Part shown: one piece after another, positions 18,777-28,539 of the stretch
Numbering within the stretch: position 1 is the first letter of the stretch
Layout of the letters: each line of letters opens with the position of its first letter
Assembly (NCBI GenBank): GCA_965222875.1
Contig: CBDCVC010000002.1
Coordinates: forward strand, 1,172,723-1,236,722
Source: Candidatus Multivorans sp.
GTDB taxonomy: Bacteria > Acidobacteriota > Thermoanaerobaculia > Multivoradales > Multivoraceae
Length of the DNA: 64,000 nt
Reading direction: 5' to 3'
Program-made: the position numbers and the translations under genes
Notes under the pieces: generated by a model
The model's database searches: none
What the model was told of the DNA's origin: nothing
What the model saw: only the letters and a program-made list of their open reading frames with translations

Positions 18777-19959
18777 TAGGCCGAAGTTCTGGTGCCCAAG
18801 GCGTCAAAACTCCTGCAATGACGGTGGTTTTTTGGATAAGGGTGTGTTGTCTACTGGGTACTGTTGGTCATGGTCGGAGGTTGAGGAGGCTGAATGCCTC
18901 GGCCTGGAGGGGTGTCGGTCTGGTCAGGACATCCGCGGTGGCGTTCTCGTGGCCCTGCATTCGGACGCGATTTCGGGTCAGGGTGGCGAGGTCGGCGAGC
19001 AGGGTCTGGAAGCTGTGGACGGGTAGTCCTTGCAGTGTGCGCTTGGCGCTCGACGCGGCTGAGGCTCTTGTAGGCCCGGACCGCCTCCGGCGCCGGGAGG
19101 TCGGCCTCGGCCACGTTGGTGCGGATGACGTAGAAGCCGTCGAGGGCGGCCTCTTCCGCGATCCGCGTCTGATTGCGGCAGTAGCGGAAGCCGTCTTCGT
19201 CGATCTCGGTGTCGAAGTGCTTGCCGTCCTTGGAGTACCCGCGCCGGGCGAGGGCGCATTTCGCGCCCTCGAAGTAGACCGAGGTCACGTCGCGCAAGAC
19301 GAGGCAACCGTCTTTGAGGTGCTGTTCGGCCAGTCGTCGCTCGATGCGTTGCTGCCATTTGAGCAGCCAATCCATGGCGGAGTAGAGCTCGTCGGCGCCC
19401 GCCTCCTCGACTCCGAGTTCCTCGCCGAGGGTGTGGGTCGTGGTCTCGCTTGAGAGTCCGCGTGCGGTGGCGAGCTTGGAGCGAGGTTCGAGGATGCGGG
19501 CGATGATCATGGCGAGCGCAAGCGCCCGTTCGCGCGAGGGTCGGCGGTCGAGGAGTGTCTCGAGGCCGCGTCGTCGCGCGGCGCCGAGCGTGGCAGCGAC
19601 ATGACCGTGGGGCCTGGAGCGCAGGATTTCGAAGGCGGAGTCGAGGGAGGGCAGTGCCACGCCGCCCTTGAGGAGAGTGCGCAGGCCCTCAACGAGATGA
19701 TCGGGCCACTTGGAGAGGTTGGCGAGTGTCCGTTTGCAGACTCTTCCGTGGTCTCGGTAGGACTCGCGCAGGAGCACGGCGGGTGGCGAGTTGCGGTTGG
19801 GTACGCGTTCGATGTACATGGCTTCTATTGTAGCTTCATCATGTCTCCATGTCTACCGTATTTGACTATGCTACATGGGTACATTGTGCGGCTCGGAAAC
19901 CACAAGACCCTAGGCGCGGCAACGATCCGCAACACTCAGGCCCCCAGAACTTCGGTCTA
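18777..19959 (-). mobile_element. IS1634-family insertion sequence, internally deleted (non-autonomous)
   Basis: 16-bp imperfect terminal inverted repeats: taggccgaagttctgg (18777-18792) and ccagaacttcggtcta (19944-19959). About 1.18 kb, shorter than a full element. Confidence 0.85.
18866..19819 (-). pseudogene. IS1634 transposase with two internal deletions
   Basis: Starts MYIERVPNRNSPPAVLLRESYR. It jumps from GYSKDGK directly to HFDTEID (about 19220) and changes frame after LSRVER (about 19045) into the family tail GLPVHSFQTLLADLATLTRNRV...PTPLQAEAFSLL. Confidence 0.88.
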
Positions 19960-20020
19960 GCGCAGGCTCTCGGAAGGGCCGAGGAAGGATACACGGCTCC
20001 GATGAGCCCCCCAACAAGGC

Positions 20021-20050
20021 TTGAAAATCAAGCAGCGTTGGATGTACACT
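20021..20050 (+). promoter_or_regulatory. Putative sigma70 promoter for the receptor-sulfatase genes
   Basis: TTGAAA (20021-26), 18 nt, TACACT (20045-50), about 130 nt upstream of the receptor start. Confidence 0.45.
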
Positions 20051-20181
20051 GCTAGTTGCAAGCCTGCCTTTCAGTGACGCCCCACTGTCGCTGCGTCCAA
20101 CGCGATTCAGCGTGGCGCAGGAGTGGCCAAGGGGCGACTCGATCTGGCAGCGCTTGCGAAAGGACAAAGGAGGGACCAGCC

Positions 20182-22878
20182 GTGACCACCAACATTCCTA
20201 GAACCTGGATCTGGATTCTCGCCGTGAGCCTGTGTGCTCAGTTGCCGCTATGGGCCGACGGCCCGCAGACGGGGACCATCGACGGCCGCGTTCTCGACGC
20301 CCAGGGGCAGGGCCTACAGGGGGCCACGGTGACCCTCGAGGGTCCTCAGAGAACGACGACCACCATGTCCGATGCCGAGGGGCGGTATCGCTTCGCGCTG
20401 CTGCAGGCGGGAGAGTTCACCGTCAGCGCGGTGCTGGAGGGCCTGGGATCGGCCGAGCTTGCGACCACGCTCGATCCGGGTGAGCGCCGGGGTATCGACT
20501 TGACCCTGCAAGGGGGAACCGCGGAAGAGATCACGGTCGTTGGCGAAGCGACGCTGATAAGCAAGTACGAGACCGGCTCCGTCAGCTCACTGAAGCCGGA
20601 AGTGGTCGAGAACGCCGCCTTCCAGAGTCGCGACTATGGTTCCACCGTCCGCGCGCTGCCGGGAGTGGTGAACATCGGTGAGTACAACCTTTTTCCCGCC
20701 ATCAACGGTGGCATTGAGAACGAGACGCAGACCTTGATCGAGGGCGTGGACACCTCGAACACGCGCAACGGGGGGCAGGTGCGCGTGATCATGCCGGCGT
20801 CGTCGCTGTCGGAGACCAGGCTCGAAACGATGGGCTTCGGCGCCGAGTACGGCCGGGTGAGCGGCGGCATCATCAGCTCGACCGTCAAGACCGGCACCAA
20901 CGAGTTTCACGGCGATTTTCTCTACGTCGGCCAGAATCCGAAGTGGAGAGCGGAGGACCAGTTCGGGTTGGAGCGGCCGGACGACCGGATCGACAGCTAC
21001 GAGGCGTCGCTGGGCGGGCCCATTTTCCGAGAAAAGGCGTGGTTTTTCGCCTCTCACGCCGAGTTGACCGACAACCGGCTGGACCAATTGGCGAGCGGCG
21101 ACGTGATCGACGCCAGTCAGAGCTCGCGGCCGCGGATCCTCAAGGTCAACTACCAGCCTAGCGATCGGCACCAGCTGGCGACGACGTGGATCGATTCGCG
21201 CGGCGACTGGATCGCCGCCCCTTTTCGCACCGGCGACCTCAGAGCCCTCACGGCCCGTCCGCTCTACGCCCAGGTTCTGACCGGGAGCTGGAGCTTCGCC
21301 GCTACCAACTCGACCTTCATCGATGTCAAGGTATCCCAGCGCAAGGATCTCTTTCCTCGCACTCTCAAATTCCCCAAGGATCCGTCTACACTGTGCCCCG
21401 AGTGCTCCGACAATCCGGTCGACAACAATTTCCGCTACCGCGATCGGGCGCAAAGTAACGTTCGCTTCAACGGCGTGACGAGCGGGAACGGGATCGGCTT
21501 CAACGACTTCCCTCGCGACACGGCTCATGCCTCTGCGACTGTTTTCACAGGCAGCAACGAGGTCAAGTTCGGCATCGACATCCAGGACATCGCCTTCACC
21601 AACTCCGGCAACGTGGGCAAGGAGTATCGCGGCAGAAACTTCTGTTTTGAATGCCCCGGAGGCTTCCAGACACCGCAGCAGCTGCGGGTCTTCCCGCCGG
21701 CCCTGCCGTCCACAAGCGAAGGGCTCGAGAGCTCGGCCTATGTGCAGGACCGGCTCGACGTCGGTGATCGCTTGAGCCTCCACATGGGCGTGCGCTACGA
21801 CGCCCAGACGATCGACAACGACGTCGGAACGCGGGTCCACGATTCCGACAACCTGGCGCCGCGTCTGTCCGTGGTCTACGACGTCGGTGGCAACGGAACG
21901 CTGCTGGTGCGCGGCAGCGTCGGACGCTACTACCAGAACATCGGCCTGGATTTCGCCTGGCGTGAGTTCGGGCAGATACCCGCCGGGCAGCTGAGCTACG
22001 ACGAGTTCCTCTGGAATCCCGTCAGCGAGCGCTACGACATCTTCCGCCGGACCAGGACGCCGGCGTTCGAAACCCAGACCCTGATTCCGGTCGATCATCC
22101 GTACAAGGATCAGGTTGCGTTAGGAGTGGACTGGCAGATCTCGCGCAACTGGGTCTTCAAGTCGAACGTGGTGATGCACGAGACCAAAGACATCTTCTTT
22201 GGCAACGACCAGTACTCCGCCGACGGCTTGGAGGTCGTTCGCTTAGTGCAAAACTGGCCCGGCGCCTTCCGCGAGTACGAAGCCGTCAGCGTCGAGCTCA
22301 ATCGTAGATTCCGCGGCGGTTGGGCGTTCCGCTCCAACTGGACCATCGGCGATGCCACAGGAAACGCAGCAAACGCAAGCTCCAACAATAACCTCTTCGA
22401 GGGCCTCGGCGGCATCGAGGTGGGCACCAGCGCGACCGATGCCACCACCAGGTTCCGGACCGGCCGGATGCGTCACGATATCGATCGGATGAACGTCGTC
22501 GGCATGAAACGCCTGGATTTCGGCAAGCACGCCCTGACACTGGGTGGCTTCTTCGCAACGACCACCGGCAGGTACTTCGGCCCGTCTGAACCCACCACGG
22601 TGGCGCATCCTGTGACCGGTGTCGAGATCGACACCGTGACCTTCACCGCGCCGGTGGACAGCCAGCAGCTGGAGGACATCTTTACTCTCGACCTGTCGGC
22701 CATGTGGTCTTTCCCGATTCGTGGCGAATGGGAAGGGGAGCTCGGCTTGGAGGTCGCCAACGTCACCAACGAGCAGGAGGTGCTCCAGGTCGACACCAGA
22801 ACCCTCGAGCCCCTGAACTCGCTCGCGGCCTGGCAGCTGCCGCGCGAGTTTCGACTCAAGGCTGGGTTCCGCTTCTGA
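20182..22878 (+). CDS. TonB-dependent receptor (carboxypeptidase-regulatory N-domain, Oar-like)
   Basis: RBS GGAGG before GTG 20182; signal peptide; GTIDGRVLD..LQGATVTL, GFGAEYGRVSGGII, C-terminal KAGFRF. Confidence 0.9.
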   Translation: MTTNIPRTWIWILAVSLCAQLPLWADGPQTGTIDGRVLDAQGQGLQGATVTLEGPQRTTTTMSDAEGRYRFALLQAGEFTVSAVLEGLGSAELATTLDPGERRGIDLTLQGGTAEEITVVGEATLISKYETGSVSSLKPEVVENAAFQSRDYGSTVRALPGVVNIGEYNLFPAINGGIENETQTLIEGVDTSNTRNGGQVRVIMPASSLSETRLETMGFGAEYGRVSGGIISSTVKTGTNEFHGDFLYVGQNPKWRAEDQFGLERPDDRIDSYEASLGGPIFREKAWFFASHAELTDNRLDQLASGDVIDASQSSRPRILKVNYQPSDRHQLATTWIDSRGDWIAAPFRTGDLRALTARPLYAQVLTGSWSFAATNSTFIDVKVSQRKDLFPRTLKFPKDPSTLCPECSDNPVDNNFRYRDRAQSNVRFNGVTSGNGIGFNDFPRDTAHASATVFTGSNEVKFGIDIQDIAFTNSGNVGKEYRGRNFCFECPGGFQTPQQLRVFPPALPSTSEGLESSAYVQDRLDVGDRLSLHMGVRYDAQTIDNDVGTRVHDSDNLAPRLSVVYDVGGNGTLLVRGSVGRYYQNIGLDFAWREFGQIPAGQLSYDEFLWNPVSERYDIFRRTRTPAFETQTLIPVDHPYKDQVALGVDWQISRNWVFKSNVVMHETKDIFFGNDQYSADGLEVVRLVQNWPGAFREYEAVSVELNRRFRGGWAFRSNWTIGDATGNAANASSNNNLFEGLGGIEVGTSATDATTRFRTGRMRHDIDRMNVVGMKRLDFGKHALTLGGFFATTTGRYFGPSEPTTVAHPVTGVEIDTVTFTAPVDSQQLEDIFTLDLSAMWSFPIRGEWEGELGLEVANVTNEQEVLQVDTRTLEPLNSLAAWQLPREFRLKAGFRF

Positions 22879-22956
22879 GCGCGTCGAGGCACAATGGGCT
22901 TAGCCCCGATTCCAAGACACCAGCGGCTCGGCCGCCGCTGTCTTTCTTTTAGACGA

Positions 22957-24453
22957 GTGCTCTCTCGACGAGAATTGCTCAGGCGTGTGGGGCTCGGTGC
23001 CCTGGCCGCGGGCTGCGCAGGCGGTGAAGAGCCGCGTCCTGAAGGCCCGAACGTCCTCATGATCTCGATCGACGATCTGAACGACTGGATCGGCGTCCTC
23101 GACGGTCACCCACAGTCGCTGACACCGAACATTGACGCGCTCGCTGGGCGCGGCGTCACCTTCCGGCGAGCCTACTGCCAGGCGCCCGTCTGCAACCCCT
23201 CTCGGGCGAGTCTGATGACCGGCAGGCGCCCGACGACATCGGGGTGCTATCGCAACGCGGACGTCTGGCGGGACGCCATGCCGCGGGCCGTGACTCTGCC
23301 GCAGCACTTCATGCAGCACGGCTACGAAGCGATCGGCGGGGGCAAGACGTTTCACCAATCGCAGAACGAGGCCGCGTCGTGGCACTACTACAACAGCTTC
23401 CGTGGTTTTCTGTGGGCCCCCGGCTACCCCGTGAACGGGCTCGACCGCCTCAACCTCGACTGGGGCGCCCTCGACGTCGACGACGAAGAGACGACCGATA
23501 CCCAGCTCGCCCATTGGGCGGCTGAGTACCTGTCGAGAGATCACTCCAGACCATTCTTCCTGGCCTGCGGCTTCTATCGCCCGCACCTGCCGTTCTACGC
23601 CCCCAGGAAATACTTCGACAAGTTCCCCGAGGCCGAGATCGAGCTGCCGCCCTATCTCGAGAACGACCTCGACGACGTGCCCAAGTCCGCGCCCTCGGAG
23701 CTCGGTTTGGGCCACCACGAACTGGTGACGGCGACCGGGCAGTGGAAGCGCGCCGTGGCGGCCTATCTGGCGTGCATCAACTTCGCCGACGCGAACGTGG
23801 GGCGCGTGCTGAAGGCGCTCGACGAAGGGCCGCACGCCGAGAATACGGTCATCGTCCTGTGGACCGACCACGGCTGGCAGCTCGGCGAGAAGAACCAATG
23901 GAGCAAGTTCACACTATGGGAGCGCTCCTGCCGGGTGCCGATCATCTTCGCCGGCCCCGGGATCGAGGCGAAGGGAGAATTTTGCGACCGGACCGCCGAA
24001 CTGCTCGACATCTACCCCACCCTGGCGGATCTCGCCGGGCTCCCCGAGCGCGAGGAGCTCGACGGCGAGAGCCTTCGGTCACTGCTCGAGAATCCCGAAG
24101 CGGAGTGGGATCGCCCTGCGGTCACCTCCGACGCGCCGGACAGACACTCGATCCGCACCGAGCGCTGGCGCTACACCACCTATCCCGACGGTGAAGAGCT
24201 CTACGACCACGACCACGATCCGAACGAGTGGCGCAACTTGGCGAACGTCCCCGAGCACGCCGAGACGAAGCAGCGGCTGCGGGCCATGTTGCCGCAGAAC
24301 CCTTCCCGCAAGAGGGTGCTGCAGGTCGTCGACCTGCCCGAGGAGCAGCGTCGCTTCACCGAGCTCCTGCCGGGTCGCCTCGACAGGCTGCCGGGTCGCT
24401 CCCAAAGGGCAGGCGCGGCGAACGAGGTCGGGCTCGAGCCCGCGCCGCCATAG
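22957..24453 (+). CDS. Sulfatase (iduronate-2-sulfatase/choline-sulfatase-like), probable Tat lipoprotein
   Basis: Formylglycine motif CNPSRASLMTG, NVLMISIDDLND, GKTFH, GFYRPHLPF, DHGWQLGEK; leader LSRRELL...LAAGC. Start position uncertain (22894 possible). Confidence 0.92.
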   Translation: MLSRRELLRRVGLGALAAGCAGGEEPRPEGPNVLMISIDDLNDWIGVLDGHPQSLTPNIDALAGRGVTFRRAYCQAPVCNPSRASLMTGRRPTTSGCYRNADVWRDAMPRAVTLPQHFMQHGYEAIGGGKTFHQSQNEAASWHYYNSFRGFLWAPGYPVNGLDRLNLDWGALDVDDEETTDTQLAHWAAEYLSRDHSRPFFLACGFYRPHLPFYAPRKYFDKFPEAEIELPPYLENDLDDVPKSAPSELGLGHHELVTATGQWKRAVAAYLACINFADANVGRVLKALDEGPHAENTVIVLWTDHGWQLGEKNQWSKFTLWERSCRVPIIFAGPGIEAKGEFCDRTAELLDIYPTLADLAGLPEREELDGESLRSLLENPEAEWDRPAVTSDAPDRHSIRTERWRYTTYPDGEELYDHDHDPNEWRNLANVPEHAETKQRLRAMLPQNPSRKRVLQVVDLPEEQRRFTELLPGRLDRLPGRSQRAGAANEVGLEPAPP

Positions 24454-24479
24454 CGCGGCTTACCTGGTCGCAGCGAGCC

Positions 24480-26282
24480 CTAGCTGCCGGGAGAGATCCA
24501 GATCGGCGAGGACCAGGCGCGCTCCTGGATCGTCGCCGGCAGGGACACGCGCGGCGAAACTCCGGCTTTCACGGCATCCCACGTCGACCAGCGGCACGTC
24601 GGGTTCTCCAGGACGCGAACGTAGTAGAACGCGTGATGCTCGGGGTCGAAGCCGGGATCGCTCCAGGTCACTCCCAGCTCGGCGTCGCCCACGTCCTGGC
24701 TGATGGCGCAGTTGGACAGATCGACGGAGGCGCCGTTGTCCGGACATCGGTGGGTCCCGGGATCCGGCTGCAGCCCATCGGAGCAGGCGACGTCGAAGAT
24801 CTGCTCGTGCCGGTCGCCGCCCTGGACCCAGCCCTTGACGATCTGGAGACGCTGGAGCGGGGCGCCGGACGGGTCGCGCAGCGCGCGGACCGCGAAGACA
24901 GGACTGCCGCCTCGATCGGCGTCGATCTCGCCTCCCAGGGAGACGCCGCGCTCGTAGCCCACGGCCGCCATGTCGTCACGGCGGTGAAGGTCATCGGGCA
25001 GGCCGTAGCCGGCGAACATCCGCACCCGGATGCGAGTGCCCGAGGTGGCGAAGGTCTCCTTGCGACGCAGAGCTTCGTAGAGGGCCTCCCGGGTGTTCTC
25101 CTCGGCCCAGACACCGGTGAGGCCCGAGTTGCTGTAGTAGCGGCGGAAGACCTCGCGATACGTCGGCACGCCGTCGACGACGTCGGCCGGGACCGAGCCC
25201 CTGCTCACCGGGTCGAAGTCGTGCACGCCGACCTTGCCGGTGTGCTTCTCCTCGTCGAACTGAAAGCCCGAGTTGTGGGTGTCGCTGGCGCCGACGAACC
25301 CCAACAAGTACGGGTTGAAGCCGTCCTGGCTCTGAAACGCGATGCCCTCCAGCAGCGCCTGGCGGACGTAGCTGCCCCTGGGTCGGCTCTTGCTCCACTG
25401 GCCGACGCGAAAGGGGAAGATCTCGAAGTCGGCCCACTCGTCGTTGGGCGACAGAAAGGGATGGGTCTCCGAGGTTCCCTTGACTTGCGTGATCTCGACG
25501 AGCGGCTCGTTGCGCATCCGTTTCGTCGCGTAGTCGGCGTCGAGCAGGCCGCCGGCGAACGTCTCGGTCTGGAACATCCAGCCGTCCGAGCCGTTGGAGT
25601 TGTGCGGGATCGCCAGCGCCTCGATGCCCTGGTCACGCAGGCGATCCATCCAGCTCCAGAGGTCCTCGGGATTCGCCGAATCGAGTCGGCTGAAGGGTTC
25701 CCGGGGCGCGGCGCTGCCCCTGAAGATCACGTTCCGGTGCAGGTTGCCGCCGTCTCGCGAGGGGGTGTACTCGTAGCCGATGAAGGTCGTCAGGGTGCCC
25801 GGCCGGTAGTGGCGCTCCGCGGCCGCGACGATCTCCTGCCACGCCGTCCGCAACGTTTCGGGATCCGCGTGCCGGGCAACGAACTCCTGGGCGCCCGGCA
25901 GGTAGCCTCCTCGCGCCTTGACCGTCGTCGCGTCGACGAAGCGCTTGACGTCGGGCTCGTCCGCGAGCGGGTGGCTGGGGTCGGCGAGGGCGCGCATGAC
26001 CCCCAGGTACGCCGCGTGGTCCGTCACGGCGTAGAAGTCGAGGGCCCGGTCGAGCTGGATCTCGTGGCCCGAGGGATGCCTGATCGCCTCTCCAGCAGCG
26101 AAACGGTACGCGTCGTCGGGTGTCGTCCGCGTGGCGAACGAGAAGGCATCGAACGAGTAGGCGGTGTGCACGTGCAGGTCGCCGAAGAACGCCGAGCGCT
26201 CCTGCCCTGCGGCAGGTGAGAGCGGCGCGACCGCCTGGAGAATCCCCAGGATCGCCGGGAGAAGGAGTCGAGGAGGTCGCAT
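24480..26282 (-). CDS. DUF3604 domain protein
   Basis: FFGDLHVHTAYSFDA, NLHRNVIFRG, EITQVKGTSETHP, YYVRVLENPTCRWST, IQERAWSSPIWI; clear paralog of 8976-10901. Confidence 0.9.
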   Translation of the reverse strand: MRPPRLLLPAILGILQAVAPLSPAAGQERSAFFGDLHVHTAYSFDAFSFATRTTPDDAYRFAAGEAIRHPSGHEIQLDRALDFYAVTDHAAYLGVMRALADPSHPLADEPDVKRFVDATTVKARGGYLPGAQEFVARHADPETLRTAWQEIVAAAERHYRPGTLTTFIGYEYTPSRDGGNLHRNVIFRGSAAPREPFSRLDSANPEDLWSWMDRLRDQGIEALAIPHNSNGSDGWMFQTETFAGGLLDADYATKRMRNEPLVEITQVKGTSETHPFLSPNDEWADFEIFPFRVGQWSKSRPRGSYVRQALLEGIAFQSQDGFNPYLLGFVGASDTHNSGFQFDEEKHTGKVGVHDFDPVSRGSVPADVVDGVPTYREVFRRYYSNSGLTGVWAEENTREALYEALRRKETFATSGTRIRVRMFAGYGLPDDLHRRDDMAAVGYERGVSLGGEIDADRGGSPVFAVRALRDPSGAPLQRLQIVKGWVQGGDRHEQIFDVACSDGLQPDPGTHRCPDNGASVDLSNCAISQDVGDAELGVTWSDPGFDPEHHAFYYVRVLENPTCRWSTWDAVKAGVSPRVSLPATIQERAWSSPIWISPGS

Positions 26283-26300
26283 GGTGGGCTCCGATTCAGC

Positions 26301-27042
26301 CGGTTTCAACTGCGAACGCGTTTACCGGCAGGATCGTACATCGCCCGGATGGAAGCCTCGGCCGGGACGCGGACGCCCGCGACCTCGATCTCGAATCCCG
26401 GGTCCACATACCGGCGCAGATCACGACCCGGTCGGCATCGATGTCCCCCTGCTCCGTGGCGACGCCCAAAACGCGCCCCCCGGCGGTGCGAACGGCGGTC
26501 ACCGGCACATGCTCGACGATCCGGGCGCCGGCGGCGCGGGCGCCCGCGGCCAGCGCCCGGGTGATGTCCGCCGGGTTCGCGTAGCCGTCGCCCGGGATGT
26601 GCAGTCCGCCGAGCAGGTCGGAGGTCTCAAGGAGCGGTACGCGTTCCCCGATCGTCTTCGCCGTCACCACCTCGACCTGCAGCCCGAGGACCTTCGCCAG
26701 CGAAGCGCCGCGCTTGAGCTCCTCGAACCGCTCCGGGTCGGCGGTGACCGAGAGGGAGCCGCACCGGCGATAGCCGGTCGGCTGTCCGGTTTCCTTCTCC
26801 AGGCGACTGTAGAGCTCGCTCGTGTAGCGGGCGAGGTTCGTCATCGTGATCGACTGCCGCAGTTGGCCGAGCAGGCCGGCGGCATGCCAGGTGGTGCCGG
26901 AAGTGATCTGCCGGCGCTCGAGCAAGAGCACATCGGAGCGTCCCGAGCGCGCGAGGTGGTAGGCAACCGAGCAGCCGATCACGCCGCCGCCGATGACGAC
27001 TACGCTCGCGCGGCGCGGCAATTCCGCTGTGCCTTGACTCAC
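26301..27042 (-). pseudogene. GcvT-family FAD-dependent oxidoreductase (sarcosine/dimethylglycine dehydrogenase-like) with a large internal deletion
   Basis: N-terminal VVIGGGVIGCSVAYHLA...TTWHAAG to CAGMWTRD is joined out of frame at about 26395 to the family C-terminus GFEIEVAGVRVPAEASIRAMYDPAGKRVRS*. Confidence 0.88.
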
Positions 27043-27102
27043 GTCACTCGTGGTCCGTCGGGTTCAACGGGCGTCACCATCAGTTCAGGCACCCGCGGTC
27101 CC

Positions 27103-27435
27103 TCAGGTCAGGATCGCGGCGAGGCGGGCCAGCACTTCATGCGTGATCTGTTCGGGGACGGATTCGAGGCGTTTCCCGTTCCGGGCGGCCAGATCCAGGG
27201 TACGCGGCTGGTCGCAACGGATCACGCCGACCGTTCGCGTACCCGCGTCGTCGAGCGAAACCGTGAAGCCGCGCTGGCGCGCGAAGTTCCCACCTGTAGT
27301 GATGGGAAGAACGACCGGCGTCCTGGTCAACGCGTTGAAGCGTGCGGGGGATGCGATCAACACCGGCCGTGTTCCCCGTTGTTCATGGCCGGCGGTGGGA
27401 TCAAGGCTGACGAGCCAGATCTCGCCGCGGCGCAT
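27103..27435 (-). CDS. mazF: MazF/PemK endoribonuclease toxin
   Basis: MRRGEIWLVSLDPTAGHEQRGTRPVLI...CDQPRTLDLAAR. Confidence 0.93.
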   Translation of the reverse strand: MRRGEIWLVSLDPTAGHEQRGTRPVLIASPARFNALTRTPVVLPITTGGNFARQRGFTVSLDDAGTRTVGVIRCDQPRTLDLAARNGKRLESVPEQITHEVLARLAAILT

Positions 27436-27692
27436 TACAACAGTTCATTGCCGACTGGCTGGCCATCGAGCCATGCCCGATCTCCGTCGTCGGCCGGTGC
27501 GGTCTCGTCGCACATCGCCAGCAGCTCGTCGAGTGTGTAGCTTGGGCGGGTTCTTGGCGCTACAACCAGGCGGTCGCCCTCAACGCCGATATCCACCTTG
27601 GCGCCGGCCCCCAGGTTCAGGAGATCGAGAAGCACCGGCGGCACCGCGAGCATGACCGAGCCGCCGACCTTGCGGAGATTGGTGGTGTGCAT
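27435..27692 (-). CDS. mazE: AbrB/MazE (PemI-like) antitoxin
   Basis: MHTTNLRKVGGSVMLAVPP...RPSYTLDELLAMCD; coupled to the toxin gene. Confidence 0.92.
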   Translation of the reverse strand: MHTTNLRKVGGSVMLAVPPVLLDLLNLGAGAKVDIGVEGDRLVVAPRTRPSYTLDELLAMCDETAPADDGDRAWLDGQPVGNELL

Positions 27693-27699
27693 GCGCGTG

Positions 27700-27717
27700 G
27701 TTATATCACGGTATAAC
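27700..27717 (-). promoter_or_regulatory. Operator palindrome overlapping the -10 box of mazEF
   Basis: Perfect inverted repeat GTTATA-N6-TATAAC; the minus-strand TATAAC lies 7 nt before the ATG. Confidence 0.7.
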
Positions 27718-27931
27718 TTGGCCCACAGTGCGAGCGACGTCAGGTCGCGACGTCGGCTCAATGAGATGCGTCCGGCTTCAGGCCAGCCCTTCGAGCTGCC
27801 TGAGCGCTACAAGGACTACGGCATGCCCCGGAGCGACCCCGACGGTCGATGGGGACCGGGGGCTCTAGGAGTCAGTGCGACCGCCGCACTGGGAACTGGC
27901 CGCACACTGGTGCGCCAGGTGTCAGGACGCC

Positions 27932-28279
27932 TCAGCTCGAAACGAGATCGTCCAGGCAAACGCCGAGGGCGTCAGCAAGGCGCCGGAGCGTATGGACGGA
28001 ACCGGTTCGGCGAGCTGCTTCGATCTCAACGATCTGGACCCGGCTGGTGTCGGCGGCACGGGCCAAGGCGGCCTGTGAGAGGCCTCGGTACTCTCGCCAC
28101 ACCCGCAACGGCGGCTCGCCATCGATCAAGCGGTTTACCACCGTCTCGGGAACGAGCTCCTCGGTGCCGGCGTCGATTCTCGCCTGAACGGCGAGCGCGG
28201 CCCGGATGTCGACCGAGTCTTCCTCAACGGCGCGCAAGCGCTGGTATTCGGCCTTCGGGATCGTCACGGTCTCGGTCAT
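27932..28279 (-). CDS. XRE-family HTH antitoxin
   Basis: PLRVWREYRGLSQAALARAADTSRVQIVEIE; lies immediately downstream of a RelE-like gene. Confidence 0.88.
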   Translation of the reverse strand: MTETVTIPKAEYQRLRAVEEDSVDIRAALAVQARIDAGTEELVPETVVNRLIDGEPPLRVWREYRGLSQAALARAADTSRVQIVEIEAARRTGSVHTLRRLADALGVCLDDLVSS

Positions 28280-28282
28280 GGG

Positions 28283-28537
28283 TCACTCCCTGTAGGCGCT
28301 GCCACGGCTGGCGACGTGCAGAATCTCAAGACGGTCGGCATCGCGCATGATGACTCGCCAGTCGCCCATGCGGAGTCGGAGCAATCCGCCGGAGCCCCGA
28401 AGGCGGGAGACCTTGTTCGCCTGCGAAGCGGGGTCTTCGACGAAAGCCCGGATCTTGCGGCGCAACCGGATGGCGTGGTTACGAGGCATGCGAGTGAGGA
28501 CCCTCACGGCGCTACGGCTGTAGACGATGTCCTTCAC
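28283..28537 (-). CDS. RelE/ParE-family toxin
   Basis: MKDIVYSRSAVRVL...LRLRMGDWRVIM...ILHVASRGSAYRE. Confidence 0.88.
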   Translation of the reverse strand: MKDIVYSRSAVRVLTRMPRNHAIRLRRKIRAFVEDPASQANKVSRLRGSGGLLRLRMGDWRVIMRDADRLEILHVASRGSAYRE

Positions 28538-28539
28538 CC

